Origin: Polyangiaceae bacterium
Lineage (GTDB): Bacteria; Myxococcota_A; Polyangia; Polyangiales; Polyangiaceae
Assembly: GCA_050287085.1 (NCBI GenBank)
Contig: JBNKBE010000013.1
Coordinates: 113,931-177,930 of the forward strand
Direction of reading: 5' to 3'
Length of the DNA: 64,000 bases
The position numbers and the translations under genes are program-made. The notes below the pieces were generated by a model, which saw nothing but the letters and a program-made list of their open reading frames with translations, did no database searches and was not told the DNA's origin. Each line of letters starts with the position of its first letter. The first letter of the stretch is position 1. Positions 1-10,061 of this stretch are shown here, piece after piece.

Positions 1-86
1 TTGAACAAGCGCGCAACCCACGCGCCGCGGCAGCCTGAGCTCGATCGAGCTCAAGTCTCTGAAGCTTCTGCCGATTCAGTGAATCG

Positions 87-1958
87 ATGTCGCGTCAGAC
101 TCCGGCTATTTCGCTCGTTCCAGACGACGCGCCGATCAAGACGTTCGAGGATCGCACAGACAGTGCAGGAGTTCGGCGCGAAGCGGCGATATTTCGCTAC
201 CTTGCGCGCCTCTCCCCCATCCCTGTGGCGCTCACCCATCGCGATACAAGCGAGATACTGTTCAAGAATCCGGAGTTCGATCGAGTATTTGGCGCAACGA
301 TAGCGTCTGGCAAAGAGGCCTTAGCACTCTATGAAGACCCCGAGGCGCGTTCAGCGCTGGTCGCCAAGGTGATTGCGGAGAACGGCGTTCGCAACGAACC
401 CGTCCGATTTCGACGCTCAGACGGGACCATCGGTGACTTCCTGGTCTCCATGTTGCCGGCAAGCATTGACGGCCTGAGTCTGCTCTACACCTATGCCCTC
501 GACGTAAGCGACAGAGTCTCTGCAGAGAACCACCTGAGGACCCGAACGGAGGAGATGTCACTCATCCTCGACAACGTATCCGAAGGGTTGTGCATCATCG
601 ACGGAAACGGGCTGGTCCGGGGTGAGGCCTCTGGCAGCGCTATCCACTGGCTAGGAGCCGTCCCCGCTGGCACGCCTATTGGCGATGCCATAGCAGCCAA
701 GGATCAGCCCGTTGGGCAATGGTTTTCACTCGCGTGGGACGCCGTACGCGACGCCATCCTGCCGCTGGAGGTCACCCTCGCCCAGCTGCCACACATGATG
801 CGAGTGGACGGAAACCACATCGAGCTCATGGTGCGCCCGATCGGCACCTACACCGAACACGACCGGCCGGAAGCGTACCTCGTCATTCTTGCCGACGTCA
901 GCGAGAGCATTGCCAAGAAGTCCGCCGAGAGCCAGCAACGCGCGCTGCTCAACATCTTTGAGCACGTCCTGCGTGACCGCGGCGCGGTAGTGGACTTCAT
1001 CGCGGACTCCGACGCGATCAATGCCCGCATTCGCGCGATACCGATCGAGTCGGGCACGATTTCCCGCAAGGATATCGTGGAATTTCGCCGCGACGTGCAC
1101 ACCCTGAAGGGCAACTATGGTCTATTTGGGCTCGAACACCTAGCACTCGCTTGCCACGAACTGGAAGAGGCGCTCGACGGCACGATGCTAACTCGTCCTG
1201 AGGCCCTTGAGGAACTGCTCTCAGGCTGGGAGGCCTTCCGCGAACGAGCGCGAACCTTCGTCGACAATCACGAGGCCGACATCGACGTGACGCGCGAAGA
1301 TGTCGCGGAGTTGCGCGAGGCGCTGCGGCGTGGAGCTCCGGGTGATCAGTTGTTGCGGTTGATCGACGCGTGGAAGCAACAGTCCGTTAAGCGGCGCCTG
1401 GAACGCATCCGCGGGCAAGCTACGGCGCTGGCCCGAAGACTAAAAAAGGGGCAGCTACGATTCGTCGCCGAGGCCAACGCACTGCGACTGCCGGTAGAGC
1501 GTTGGGGCCCCTTTTGGAGCGTTCTGGCGCACGTAATACGCAACGCCATCGACCATGGCCTCGAGTATCCCGATGACCGCGTAGCGGCGGGCAAGTCGCG
1601 GAACGGCTTGGTTCGCGTGACCACCTACGCGACCGGCGACGACGTGGTGGTCGAAGTGTGTGACGATGGGCGTGGAATCGATTGGGACCGAATTCGCAGC
1701 GTCGCCCGCAGCAGAGACCTGCCTGCCGAAACCCATACGCAGCTGATCGATGCACTCTTCACTGACGGTCTAACGACACGCACCGAGGTGTCAGAGACAT
1801 CGGGACGCGGCGTCGGTATGGCGGCCGTCAAAGCCTGTGTACTGTCGATGGGAGGAACGATTGAAGTCACCTCCGAGCGGGGACGAGGCTCTACCTTTCG
1901 CTTCTCGATTCCGAACGTCGAAGTTCCCCCGAGCAGCGCCGCAAGCTCGGTCCGCTAG
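87..1958 (+). CDS. CheA-like histidine kinase (PAS-PAS-Hpt-HATPase_c, no CheW domain)
   Basis: PAS-like N-terminus (FRRSDG; ILDNVSEGLCIID), Hpt motif DVHTLKG, CheA-type catalytic motifs HVIRNAIDHG, DDGRGID, SGRGVGM. Confidence 0.85.
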   Translation: MSRQTPAISLVPDDAPIKTFEDRTDSAGVRREAAIFRYLARLSPIPVALTHRDTSEILFKNPEFDRVFGATIASGKEALALYEDPEARSALVAKVIAENGVRNEPVRFRRSDGTIGDFLVSMLPASIDGLSLLYTYALDVSDRVSAENHLRTRTEEMSLILDNVSEGLCIIDGNGLVRGEASGSAIHWLGAVPAGTPIGDAIAAKDQPVGQWFSLAWDAVRDAILPLEVTLAQLPHMMRVDGNHIELMVRPIGTYTEHDRPEAYLVILADVSESIAKKSAESQQRALLNIFEHVLRDRGAVVDFIADSDAINARIRAIPIESGTISRKDIVEFRRDVHTLKGNYGLFGLEHLALACHELEEALDGTMLTRPEALEELLSGWEAFRERARTFVDNHEADIDVTREDVAELREALRRGAPGDQLLRLIDAWKQQSVKRRLERIRGQATALARRLKKGQLRFVAEANALRLPVERWGPFWSVLAHVIRNAIDHGLEYPDDRVAAGKSRNGLVRVTTYATGDDVVVEVCDDGRGIDWDRIRSVARSRDLPAETHTQLIDALFTDGLTTRTEVSETSGRGVGMAAVKACVLSMGGTIEVTSERGRGSTFRFSIPNVEVPPSSAASSVR

Positions 1959-2057
1959 CGCTTGCTGCGCGCCGACCTAGCTGCACACGCTAGAAGGTCG
2001 GGCGTCCGAGCCCTCGGACACCATCCGGGGCGCTGGGGCCAGCCCTTCAGAGTAGCT

Positions 2058-3338
2058 TCACGGCGCCGCAACCGCGTACAAGTACTCCCATACGGGGATG
2101 AACGCCTGAACCGTGCCGCTGGTCACCGAGCCATGGGCGTCGCCCACGTTGGCCGAACTATAGAGCCGGTGCGAGTCCCCGTAGGGAGCTGCAGCCCCAT
2201 CGACCGAAGTCGGAGCCCCAGGCAGGCCCAGCGCTTCAAACGCGGCCAAGTGTCCCTGATGCTGACCGTCGCCAGTGTGCGAGAAGCCGAAGAATCGTTC
2301 AGGGGCTGTCGCCGGGTCGCCGTTCAGCCAATTCTGTCCTGGATCGTAGGGTCCGGCCAGCATCACTACGCGGGCCACGGGGCGCGTCATTCCAATAATG
2401 CCCGAAGTACTAGCGCCATGCGAATGCCCGGTAATGATGATGTCCTCCCAACGAGGCTGGTCGCCAGCAACGAAGTAGCTCCAGTCGCCCTCAGGATTCA
2501 GGTTGGCGAGATGCATCAACCCGCGCACGATGCGTTCTTCGATACTGTCCGGACGGGTAATGTTGAGGAAGGGATGGTGATCGACCCCCTCCAGCGCTTC
2601 GAGGCGGCAACCTCCGATGTCGTCCCCGCAATTGTCGACGCCGTAGTCGCTGAGGAAGCACGGTCCAAACCAGTGATAGCCGAGCCCGGAGACGATCTGC
2701 CACAGCGCTTCGCCGCCGCAATCACCGAACTGACCTGCGCCGTGCAAATAGACGACCAGCTTTCCGGCGGATTCGATCCGAGTATCGAGGTAGGCGTGCT
2801 GACGACCCAGGGCACCCGATGCCGCCGGATCCGCCTCGCGCGCCGTAAACTGGAACGAGAAGAGCTGCGGGTTATCTCGCTGGACAGCAGGGCCCACAGC
2901 CTCATCCGGTGAGGAGCCAGCATCTAGCCCCCCCTGTCCTTGCCCCCCGGCGGCGCTGCCCCCCGCGGAACTACCTCCGCCACCGCCGTCCCGTCCCCCA
3001 TTTTGCGCTTGTCCCAGCTCCCCTGCTCCGCCCCCGTCATGACTGGCGCCGCCACCGCTCCCCCCCTCGACCGCTTGCGCCCCGGTGCCACCCTCGGACG
3101 GCCCTGACGCGCCGTTCCCTCCCAACCCAGAGGCGAGTCCCCCAGACGCGTTGTCCTCCGAAGAACCGGCGCTAGCGCCGGCAGTCCCGCCTGGCGCCCC
3201 CCCGCTCCCTCCGAGCGGCGCACTTCCCCCTCCGAGCGGCCCTGTCGCCCTTTCCGCTGGCTCACCGTCGCAGCCAGTCGTCAGTACACAACCGACAAGA
3301 CCGACCACTGCACTCCGCATACGCCCTCTGCACCGCAT
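2058..3338 (-). CDS. Secreted lipoprotein, alpha/beta-hydrolase fold (BPSS1187-like)
   Basis: Lipobox-like VLTTGC, Gly-rich linker, YLHGAG and nucleophile elbow GHSHG. Confidence 0.7.
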   Translation of the reverse strand: MRCRGRMRSAVVGLVGCVLTTGCDGEPAERATGPLGGGSAPLGGSGGAPGGTAGASAGSSEDNASGGLASGLGGNGASGPSEGGTGAQAVEGGSGGGASHDGGGAGELGQAQNGGRDGGGGGSSAGGSAAGGQGQGGLDAGSSPDEAVGPAVQRDNPQLFSFQFTAREADPAASGALGRQHAYLDTRIESAGKLVVYLHGAGQFGDCGGEALWQIVSGLGYHWFGPCFLSDYGVDNCGDDIGGCRLEALEGVDHHPFLNITRPDSIEERIVRGLMHLANLNPEGDWSYFVAGDQPRWEDIIITGHSHGASTSGIIGMTRPVARVVMLAGPYDPGQNWLNGDPATAPERFFGFSHTGDGQHQGHLAAFEALGLPGAPTSVDGAAAPYGDSHRLYSSANVGDAHGSVTSGTVQAFIPVWEYLYAVAAP

Positions 3339-3559
3339 GGTTTCAAAGGTTACAGGTTAATTTCTCAAGGAGAAGCCGTCGCGACACAGCTTGAATGCGA
3401 TTCGATTTCCAGCGCAACACTGGACGCAGCCTGGAATACGCCTCGAGAACGACGTTGCTTCGCTCCCACGCGCGGTTGCGTCTCGACTTTCACGCAGCAG
3501 CAGGCCATTGTAGCGCTGCACCCGTGTTGGGGAAATCAGGTGCTGAGTAAGTCAGGAGT

Positions 3560-5392
3560 ATGTGCCGTCAAATGTTGAGCGCCGAACTCGACCAGACCGA
3601 ACGTGTCAGGCCCGTCCTTGCCTCGAGCCTCGCACAACCCGGGCTCACCCGCAGGTGGTTCAGAAGCGCATGTGCCGCCGCAGCGTCGTGGGTGGCCTTG
3701 GGCTGCGGAACTTCCGGTGCTCAGCCTGGGCTTACGGGCGATGAGCCCGGGTTCGCCGCCAGCGGGGGTATAGCGACCGCCGCGGGCAGTGGTGGGACTG
3801 CCGGCACCGCCAATGGCACTAGCGGCGCAAGCGCAACAGCGGGTGCCGACGCTATCACTGGCGACAGGGACGAGCTTGCCGAGGCCGACGTGGGCACCAA
3901 AGCCATGCATCGCATGAGCAACAGCGAGTACGATAATACCGTCCGCGACCTGCTTCATTCGACGCTGCGGTTCGGCGATAGCTTCGTGGTCGAAGAAGCC
4001 GAAGGCTTTGACAACATCGCCGCAGCGTTATCCATGAGCCCGCGTCATGTAGAAGAGTATTTCACTGCTGCCCGCGCCCTCGCGGAAGACGTCTTCGCTT
4101 CGCCAGAGCTGCGCAGTCGCATCGTCCAATGCGAGCTTTCGGCAAGCGACGGTACCTGCGCAGAATCCACTATCACGAGTTTCGGAAAGCAGGCCTTTCG
4201 TCGGCCTATTGAGCCGTCTGAGCTCGAGTGGCTGATGAACGCCTACCAGGAAGCGCTCGCCCTGGGTGAATCTCCGGACGGGGCGATGCAGCATGTAGTA
4301 CACATCGTGCTCGCGTCCCCGCAGTTCTTGTATCGCATCGAGTTCGATCCGAACCCGACGGACGTCACCCCGCATGCGCTAAGCGCTTGGGAACTCGCGA
4401 GCCGGCTCTCCTACGCCTTGTGGAGCAGTATGCCGGACGAGACGTTGTTCGACCTAGCCGCGCGCAATGAGCTGCACGACCCGGAGGTATTGAGCGCGCA
4501 AGTCGATCGTATGCTCGACGACTCCCGCGCTGAAGCGCTGGCGGCCAACTTCGTCGGTCATTGGCTCGGCGCCAAACGACTGGAGGAGCACACCGCCAGG
4601 CCGGACATCTATCCGGACTGGTCCGTCGAGCTTGGCGAGTCCATGCGGAAAGAGATGGAGCTGTACTTCCTGGAGTTCTTGCGCGGCGAGCGACCCTATA
4701 GCGAGTTTCTGAGCGCTGACATCAACTTCACGGACGCTAGGCTGGCCGAATACTACGGAATGCCCCCCCAAGGTGACGCCTTCCAGCGAGTAGAGAGCAC
4801 TACCGATCGCCGACGCGGGCTTATCGGCCTGGCGGGCTTCCTTACTCATACCTCGCGTGAGACGCGCAGTTCCCCCATCGTCCGGGGGAAGTGGATCCTA
4901 GACGCCATGTGGTGCGTCGAGTTGAAAGTTCCCGCAGGCGTGGTGGTGCAACCGTTGCCAGAGTCCGAGCTAGAGGCACAAAACGCCACAGTGCGAGAAC
5001 TGATGGAAGCCCATCGCGCTGATGCGGCTTGCGCCCCGTGCCACAATCTGATCGATCCAATTGGCCTCTCTCTGGAGCACTTCGATGGCATCGGTCGCTA
5101 CCGCGAGACCTACGAGGGCGGTGGCGCGATCGATTCGACCACGGAGCTTCCCGGCGGCAACGTCGTCGACAGCTTGGAAACCCTGAGCGACGCCCTGGCA
5201 AGCGATGCCAAGTTCGTGCCGTGTATAGCAAAGAAGTTCAACACCTACGCTCTCGGTCGTACGGAAACAGCTCTTCCTTTTCTCGAGGACATCGTGGCCC
5301 GCTGGACCGCCCAGAACGTGTCGCTACGCAACATGATTAAGGCCACAGTGACCAGCGATACCTTCACAATGAGAAGGGCTTCCACTCCATGA
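3560..5392 (+). CDS. DUF1587/1595/1592/1588/1585 (PSD/PSCyt-type) domain lipoprotein
   Basis: HRMSNSEYDNTVRDL, AFRRP, ELASRLSYALWSSMPD, SSPIVRG, CAPCH...DPIGLSLEHFDGIGRYR. Confidence 0.9.
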   Translation: MCRQMLSAELDQTERVRPVLASSLAQPGLTRRWFRSACAAAASWVALGCGTSGAQPGLTGDEPGFAASGGIATAAGSGGTAGTANGTSGASATAGADAITGDRDELAEADVGTKAMHRMSNSEYDNTVRDLLHSTLRFGDSFVVEEAEGFDNIAAALSMSPRHVEEYFTAARALAEDVFASPELRSRIVQCELSASDGTCAESTITSFGKQAFRRPIEPSELEWLMNAYQEALALGESPDGAMQHVVHIVLASPQFLYRIEFDPNPTDVTPHALSAWELASRLSYALWSSMPDETLFDLAARNELHDPEVLSAQVDRMLDDSRAEALAANFVGHWLGAKRLEEHTARPDIYPDWSVELGESMRKEMELYFLEFLRGERPYSEFLSADINFTDARLAEYYGMPPQGDAFQRVESTTDRRRGLIGLAGFLTHTSRETRSSPIVRGKWILDAMWCVELKVPAGVVVQPLPESELEAQNATVRELMEAHRADAACAPCHNLIDPIGLSLEHFDGIGRYRETYEGGGAIDSTTELPGGNVVDSLETLSDALASDAKFVPCIAKKFNTYALGRTETALPFLEDIVARWTAQNVSLRNMIKATVTSDTFTMRRASTP

Positions 5393-6915
5393 AAAGCATG
5401 ACACGTTCATGTGGCATCTCCCGCCGGCATATCCTGCGCGGAGCCGGGGTTGCGCTCGCCTTGCCTTGGCTACCGTCGCTCGAACGTAAGGTAGCGCATG
5501 CCCAAGTCGCGAAGGCCAAGCGCTTCGTTCCCATCTACCTTCCAAACGGTGCCTCCACATTGTGGTGGAAGACAACCGGAAGCGGCGCCGGCGACGCCTG
5601 GCAGTTGTCCCCATTGCTCTCCGCCTTTGAGCCCGTGAAGAGCAAAATGCTGATGCTTCGTCAGCTCGGAAACTTCACTTGGCGGAGCGATCTGCTGACG
5701 ATGTCACCCGGTTGGACCACCACGCGCGAGCGCAATGACTTCTGTGGCGTCTGCGCCATGCCGAACGGCGCCTACATCAGCTACAGTCACGCGCGCGATC
5801 CGTCGGCTCTGCTCAACTGCATCGACGGCGACGCATATCGTATGGCGCGCGGCGTAGACGTGGCCAACAGCTCGGACAATGGCGAGACCGTCGATCAGCT
5901 GATCGCGCGTCTCTCGCCGCGCGAAACCCCACTGCCAAGCATGCAGCTCGGACTATTCGATGGCGCAGGGGGTCTGGATGAGCGGCACAGCGCCATGTCG
6001 CGCAATATGTCCTGGAGCCAAACAGGCACGCCGCTGGGCAAGGACCTCGAGCCCATCGACGTGTTCAATCGACTGGTCGCAGCAGGCGCCGGGCAGAGCG
6101 ACGGCGCGGCGGAAATGCGGCAGGCGGCCGAGCGCCGACGGGCCCTCGACGCAAGCGCTCTCGACGCGCTGAGCGAGGGCGTTATCCAGCTGCAGCCGAA
6201 GCTTGGCCAGGACGACCGTCAGCGACTGGATCGCTTTCTGACTGGGGTCCGCGAGCTCGAGGGCAAAGTGAATACCGTGTTCGAGGGTGATGCCAGCTGC
6301 GAGCTGCCCGAGCTACCCTCCGATCTTACACAGCCTAAGTTGCGAGCGGAGGCGATGAACGATCTGCTGGTGATGGCGCTCGAGTGCGACATCACGCGAG
6401 TCGCCACCTACATGCTCGACAACAGCCGCTCGGATCTCGTGTACCGCTGGGTTCCGCGCTTGGATTGGGAAAACGGCGGCGTAGAGGTCGGAGGCACCGC
6501 GACGTCTTATCACGAGTCGCAACACCACGCGGGCACGAGCCCGGATTTTGCGTCGATCACGCGTTGGCACATCGACGTAGTAGCCGATCTGCTGACCAAG
6601 ATGGATGCCGTAGTCGATGGCGTGGGCGAGGCCCCGTCTGGCACTTTGTTGGACAACAGCTTGGTCCAATTCTCGAGTGGCATGCACCACGGCGACCACG
6701 CGTCCTTCGACCTCCCCTTCCTCCTCTTCGGTGGCGGCGGTGGGGTCTTCCGGCAAAACGAGTTGATTGAGTTTCCCGAACCGGTTGAGGAGATGCGTCA
6801 GTTGCGGGACCTCTACTTCACCATCCTCAATCACTATTTCGAACTCGGCGTAGAAAGCTTCGGCGAAGACCAGCGGGGCGTCCCCAATGAGGTCATGCGC
6901 GAAGTGCTGGCCTAA
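5389..6915 (+). CDS. DUF1552 (HXXSHH) family protein, Tat-exported
   Basis: SRRHILRGAGVALALPWL twin-arginine leader, YLPNG, CDITRVAT, HESQHH, TLLDNS; ATGA overlap with the upstream gene. Confidence 0.9.
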   Translation: MKSMTRSCGISRRHILRGAGVALALPWLPSLERKVAHAQVAKAKRFVPIYLPNGASTLWWKTTGSGAGDAWQLSPLLSAFEPVKSKMLMLRQLGNFTWRSDLLTMSPGWTTTRERNDFCGVCAMPNGAYISYSHARDPSALLNCIDGDAYRMARGVDVANSSDNGETVDQLIARLSPRETPLPSMQLGLFDGAGGLDERHSAMSRNMSWSQTGTPLGKDLEPIDVFNRLVAAGAGQSDGAAEMRQAAERRRALDASALDALSEGVIQLQPKLGQDDRQRLDRFLTGVRELEGKVNTVFEGDASCELPELPSDLTQPKLRAEAMNDLLVMALECDITRVATYMLDNSRSDLVYRWVPRLDWENGGVEVGGTATSYHESQHHAGTSPDFASITRWHIDVVADLLTKMDAVVDGVGEAPSGTLLDNSLVQFSSGMHHGDHASFDLPFLLFGGGGGVFRQNELIEFPEPVEEMRQLRDLYFTILNHYFELGVESFGEDQRGVPNEVMREVLA

Positions 6916-6957
6916 GCCACTCGAGAGGCCTCTGTCCGGGGCCCGCCGCGCTCGACA

Positions 6958-7004
6958 GGACCAGACCAGGCCGTCTGCGAACGACCCGGACCTGGTCTTG
7001 GTCC
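6958..7004. terminator. Hairpin between convergent DUF1552 gene and wrbA
   Basis: GGACCAGACCAGG ... CCTGGTCTTGGTCC inverted repeat with a 1-nt bulge. Confidence 0.5.
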
Positions 7005-7040
7005 AACCTCTCCCAGTCTGTGAGCCAGAGCGGGGTCTGA

Positions 7041-7640
7041 CTAGGCGAAGAGCTTCGCGGCGATCTCTGCCACGTGCCTACCTTGGAAGCGCGCTCCGTT
7101 GAGTTCGTTTTCGCTTGGCTGGCGAGAGCCGTCACCCGCCGCAATGGTCGTGGCGCCATAGGGAGAGCCGCCGCTCAGCTCGTCGACCCCCATTTGCCCG
7201 GCAAACGAATAGGGCAAGCCTACAATCACCATACCGTGGTGCAGAAGCACCGTATGGGTCGACAGAATGGTACTTTCTTGCCCCCCGTGCTGCGTCGCCG
7301 TGGAGCTGAATACGCTACCAACTTTGCCCACTAACTTGCCGCCAAACCACAACCCGCCGGTCTGATCCAGAAAATTTTTCATTTGGGCGGGCATGTTGCC
7401 GAAACGGGTCGGTACGCCGAAGATGATCGCATCATAGTCCGCAAGCTCGTCCGGCGTTGCGATCGGGGCCGCCTGATCCAGCTTGAAGTGGCTTTGCTTC
7501 GCCACCTCCTCCGGTACAAGCTCTGGAACACGCTTGAGCGCAACGTCCGCCCCTGCGTCCTTCGCGCCTGCCGCGACGGCCTCCGCCATCTTCTCCACAT
7601 GTCCGTAGCTGGAATAGTAGACCACGAGAACCTTTGCCAT
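7041..7640 (-). CDS. wrbA: NAD(P)H:quinone oxidoreductase WrbA
   Basis: [41 protein letters not shown] at 7640 preceded by GGAGG (the ORF-track start at 7844 is too long). Confidence 0.97.
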   Translation of the reverse strand: MAKVLVVYYSSYGHVEKMAEAVAAGAKDAGADVALKRVPELVPEEVAKQSHFKLDQAAPIATPDELADYDAIIFGVPTRFGNMPAQMKNFLDQTGGLWFGGKLVGKVGSVFSSTATQHGGQESTILSTHTVLLHHGMVIVGLPYSFAGQMGVDELSGGSPYGATTIAAGDGSRQPSENELNGARFQGRHVAEIAAKLFA

Positions 7641-7687
7641 TTTTCCTCCAAGCCTTTCTGTAGCGGGGGTCGTCCCCCCAAGGCTTT

Positions 7688-7895
7688 GGATACTAGCAAA
7701 GTTCACGTATCTGCCAGGGGTATTCGAACCTCGCCCGTGAGGCCGCTCGCCGCCCCGTGCGGGCCCCTTCACCTGGTCAGGATGGGTCCTCGGGAGGGCT
7801 TCTCCCCGGAGGAGCGCAGGTATTGCACGAAACCTGGGAGTCATTCGCCACTTACGGGTTCACACAGACGGCGGATCAGTGCACCGTGGGTTCCC
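7688..7895 (+). ncRNA. ssrS: Candidate 6S RNA
   Basis: About 205-nt intergenic rod: GTTCAC/GTGCAC and ATCTGCC/GGCGGAT closing stems, a central bubble, and GAACC(7726)/GGTTC(7857) opening the apical stem; the 3' end GGGTTCA...GGC...GGGTTCCC is 6S-like. Not verified by covariance model. Confidence 0.55.
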
Positions 7896-8120
7896 ACTTC
7901 TTTGCGGCTCAATGCAGAATTCCCAAGCGGACGGATTAGCTCTATCCGTCGAAGTATGCTCAGAAAAACTAGGTTCCGCCGCGCCGCGAAGCGGCTAATG
8001 TATAAGCACAGGCTGTCAGCACGTCAGTTTTTGACAATTTCGCTCGAGCCGGTGCAATAGGAACAGTAGATGACCTTGAAACAAGTTGCGACTGGCCGAG
8101 GAAGAGTCGAGGAGAACGCA

Positions 8121-10052
8121 ATGAAGCGACCGCTCGGGTTTACTGAATGCCACACTCCGTCCCTGGGGGGCTCCCTGGAAGGTGTTTCCCCTAGAGGCAT
8201 GAGCTACAGAAGTGCATCTCGAGTCGCCCCTCGGGTTGCCTCGTTCACCGCCAGTGGGGTCAAGTCCCCAGGTGGTATCCTGGCCTTGTGCGGGCTCATG
8301 GCCGTGGTGGCTGGTTGCTCCGGAAGCGCGGCCCCCCTACCAAGCGGCAGCCCAGGCGGAGGCGATGGAGATCCCATGGGTGCCAATGCCGGCACAGCTG
8401 GAACTGGGTCAACGCCTGGTGGGGGCGCGGGCGGCGCCATCGGCGGTGGTGCTTCGGGCGTTGGCCGCGACGGAGAAAACCTGAGCGAAGACCCCTACGC
8501 GGTGCCCGCTGAAGCACCGGCCCCGGCGCTTGTCGAGACGGCGCGACTGGCCCGACTCAGCCACAAGCAGCTGCTCAACGCGGCCCAAGCGGTGCTCAAG
8601 CTGCCGGACGTCAACGAACTGGCGGATAACCTAACGGGTGACCCGCTGGTGGGTTTCGACGTGGAAGCCGATGCGCTGAACGTTACAGAGCAATTGCGCC
8701 GCGAGTGGGCGGACGGCATCGAAATGCTCGCCGAACAGGTCGTGGCGGATGCAGCAGCGCTGGCGCGACTGGTGCCGGCTGACGCTCCCGCCGACGCCGC
8801 GGGTCGGGCAGATGCGTTCATCAAGTCCTTCGGCCTCAGCGCCTATCGGCGTCCGCTCACGGACGAGGAGGTCGCCACCCATCAAGAGCTCTTCAACAAG
8901 GGTGCCACATTGTACCCGGACCTGGACGCCTTTGCGGCAGGCGCAAGCCTCGTGCTGCAGGCAATGCTCCAGTCCCCGCATTTCATGTACCGCACGGAGC
9001 TGAGCACGCCGGAAGCGGGTTCCGCCGTCGCCACGCTCAACGACTATGAGGTGGCCTCAAAGCTCTCCTTCGCTCTCGTCAATACGATGCCGGACGAAGC
9101 GCTCTTTGCTGCAGCTGCTGCTGGCGAGCTGAAAGACCGGGCCAACGTCCGCGCTCACGCTGAAAGACTTCTATCTGAAAACCAGCGCGTTGCGGGCTTC
9201 AACAATCTGAACGCGCAGATGTACCGCCTGGGTGCCTATCAGGCTATCCGTCGCGACGCGGAGCTCTTTCCACAATTCAGCCCCGACGCCCCTGACTCCA
9301 TGGCAGAAGAGACACTCGCCTTCTTCCAGTGGATCTTCGATGAGGGCTTGGGCATCAAAGATGTCTACACCGCACCGGTGGGGTTCGTGAACGCCAAGCT
9401 CGCGCCCCTCTACGCCGTGGAGGGTGACTTCGGTGACGCGCTGCAGCGCTATGACTTCGACCCAAGCCAGCGCTCAGGACTGCTGACCCAGCCTGGTTTC
9501 CTGTCGTCGTATATCACTGGCCTCGACGAGCCGGACATCATCCACCGCGGGGTGTTCATCGCCGAGCGAGTGCTGTGCGTGGTATTGCCCCCGCCCAAGG
9601 TTGTTCCTCCTCCCTTGCCTGAATTGGAGGAAGGCATGACCAACCGGGGCCGCGTGGAAACCGTTACCGGCAAGGGTACCTGCGGTGAGGGCTGTCACAC
9701 CACTTTGCTCAATCCTCCGGGTTACGCCTTTGAGAACTACGACGCGGTGGGGACGTATCGTACGATGGATCACGGGCAGCCGGTGAACGCAGCGTCCGAA
9801 TACATGTTGGACGGCAAAGTCGTGCCGTTCAAAGATGGCATCGAGTTCTCTCACCTGGTGGCGGAGTCGAAGCAAGCCCACAGCTGCTACGCCTCAAAGC
9901 TCATGAGCTATCTCCACGGCCGTCAGCTGCAGCCAGCCGATAATGCAATGGTCGACTACTACGCGCGACTATCGCGCGCGGGTGAAATATCGCTGCACGA
10001 CCTCGAACTTGACATCGTTACCAACGACGCCTTCCTGACTCGCCTCCCCTGA
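8121..10052 (+). CDS. Second DUF1592/1588-type domain lipoprotein
   Basis: GAGGAG before ATG 8121; lipobox VVAGC; ARLSH, AYRRPL, EVASKLSF, IIHRG, CGEGCH...NPPGYAFENYDAVG. Confidence 0.88.
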   Translation: MKRPLGFTECHTPSLGGSLEGVSPRGMSYRSASRVAPRVASFTASGVKSPGGILALCGLMAVVAGCSGSAAPLPSGSPGGGDGDPMGANAGTAGTGSTPGGGAGGAIGGGASGVGRDGENLSEDPYAVPAEAPAPALVETARLARLSHKQLLNAAQAVLKLPDVNELADNLTGDPLVGFDVEADALNVTEQLRREWADGIEMLAEQVVADAAALARLVPADAPADAAGRADAFIKSFGLSAYRRPLTDEEVATHQELFNKGATLYPDLDAFAAGASLVLQAMLQSPHFMYRTELSTPEAGSAVATLNDYEVASKLSFALVNTMPDEALFAAAAAGELKDRANVRAHAERLLSENQRVAGFNNLNAQMYRLGAYQAIRRDAELFPQFSPDAPDSMAEETLAFFQWIFDEGLGIKDVYTAPVGFVNAKLAPLYAVEGDFGDALQRYDFDPSQRSGLLTQPGFLSSYITGLDEPDIIHRGVFIAERVLCVVLPPPKVVPPPLPELEEGMTNRGRVETVTGKGTCGEGCHTTLLNPPGYAFENYDAVGTYRTMDHGQPVNAASEYMLDGKVVPFKDGIEFSHLVAESKQAHSCYASKLMSYLHGRQLQPADNAMVDYYARLSRAGEISLHDLELDIVTNDAFLTRLP

Positions 10053-10061
10053 AGTAACACC

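Noticed and set aside
1962..2912. Long alternative ORFs (also 26903-27763, 38514-39323, 44254-45480, 57710-58786)
   Set aside because: Antisense shadows of well-supported genes, expected in high-GC DNA
7641..7844. N-terminal extension of wrbA given by the ORF track
   Set aside because: The family starts at MAKVLV with a GGAGG RBS, and the extension overlaps the 6S candidate
8014..8058. TTGACA promoter and TGTCA-N13-TGACA dyad before the second DUF1592 operon
   Set aside because: The -10 match is poor and the dyad is short; plausible but not supportable from sequence alone
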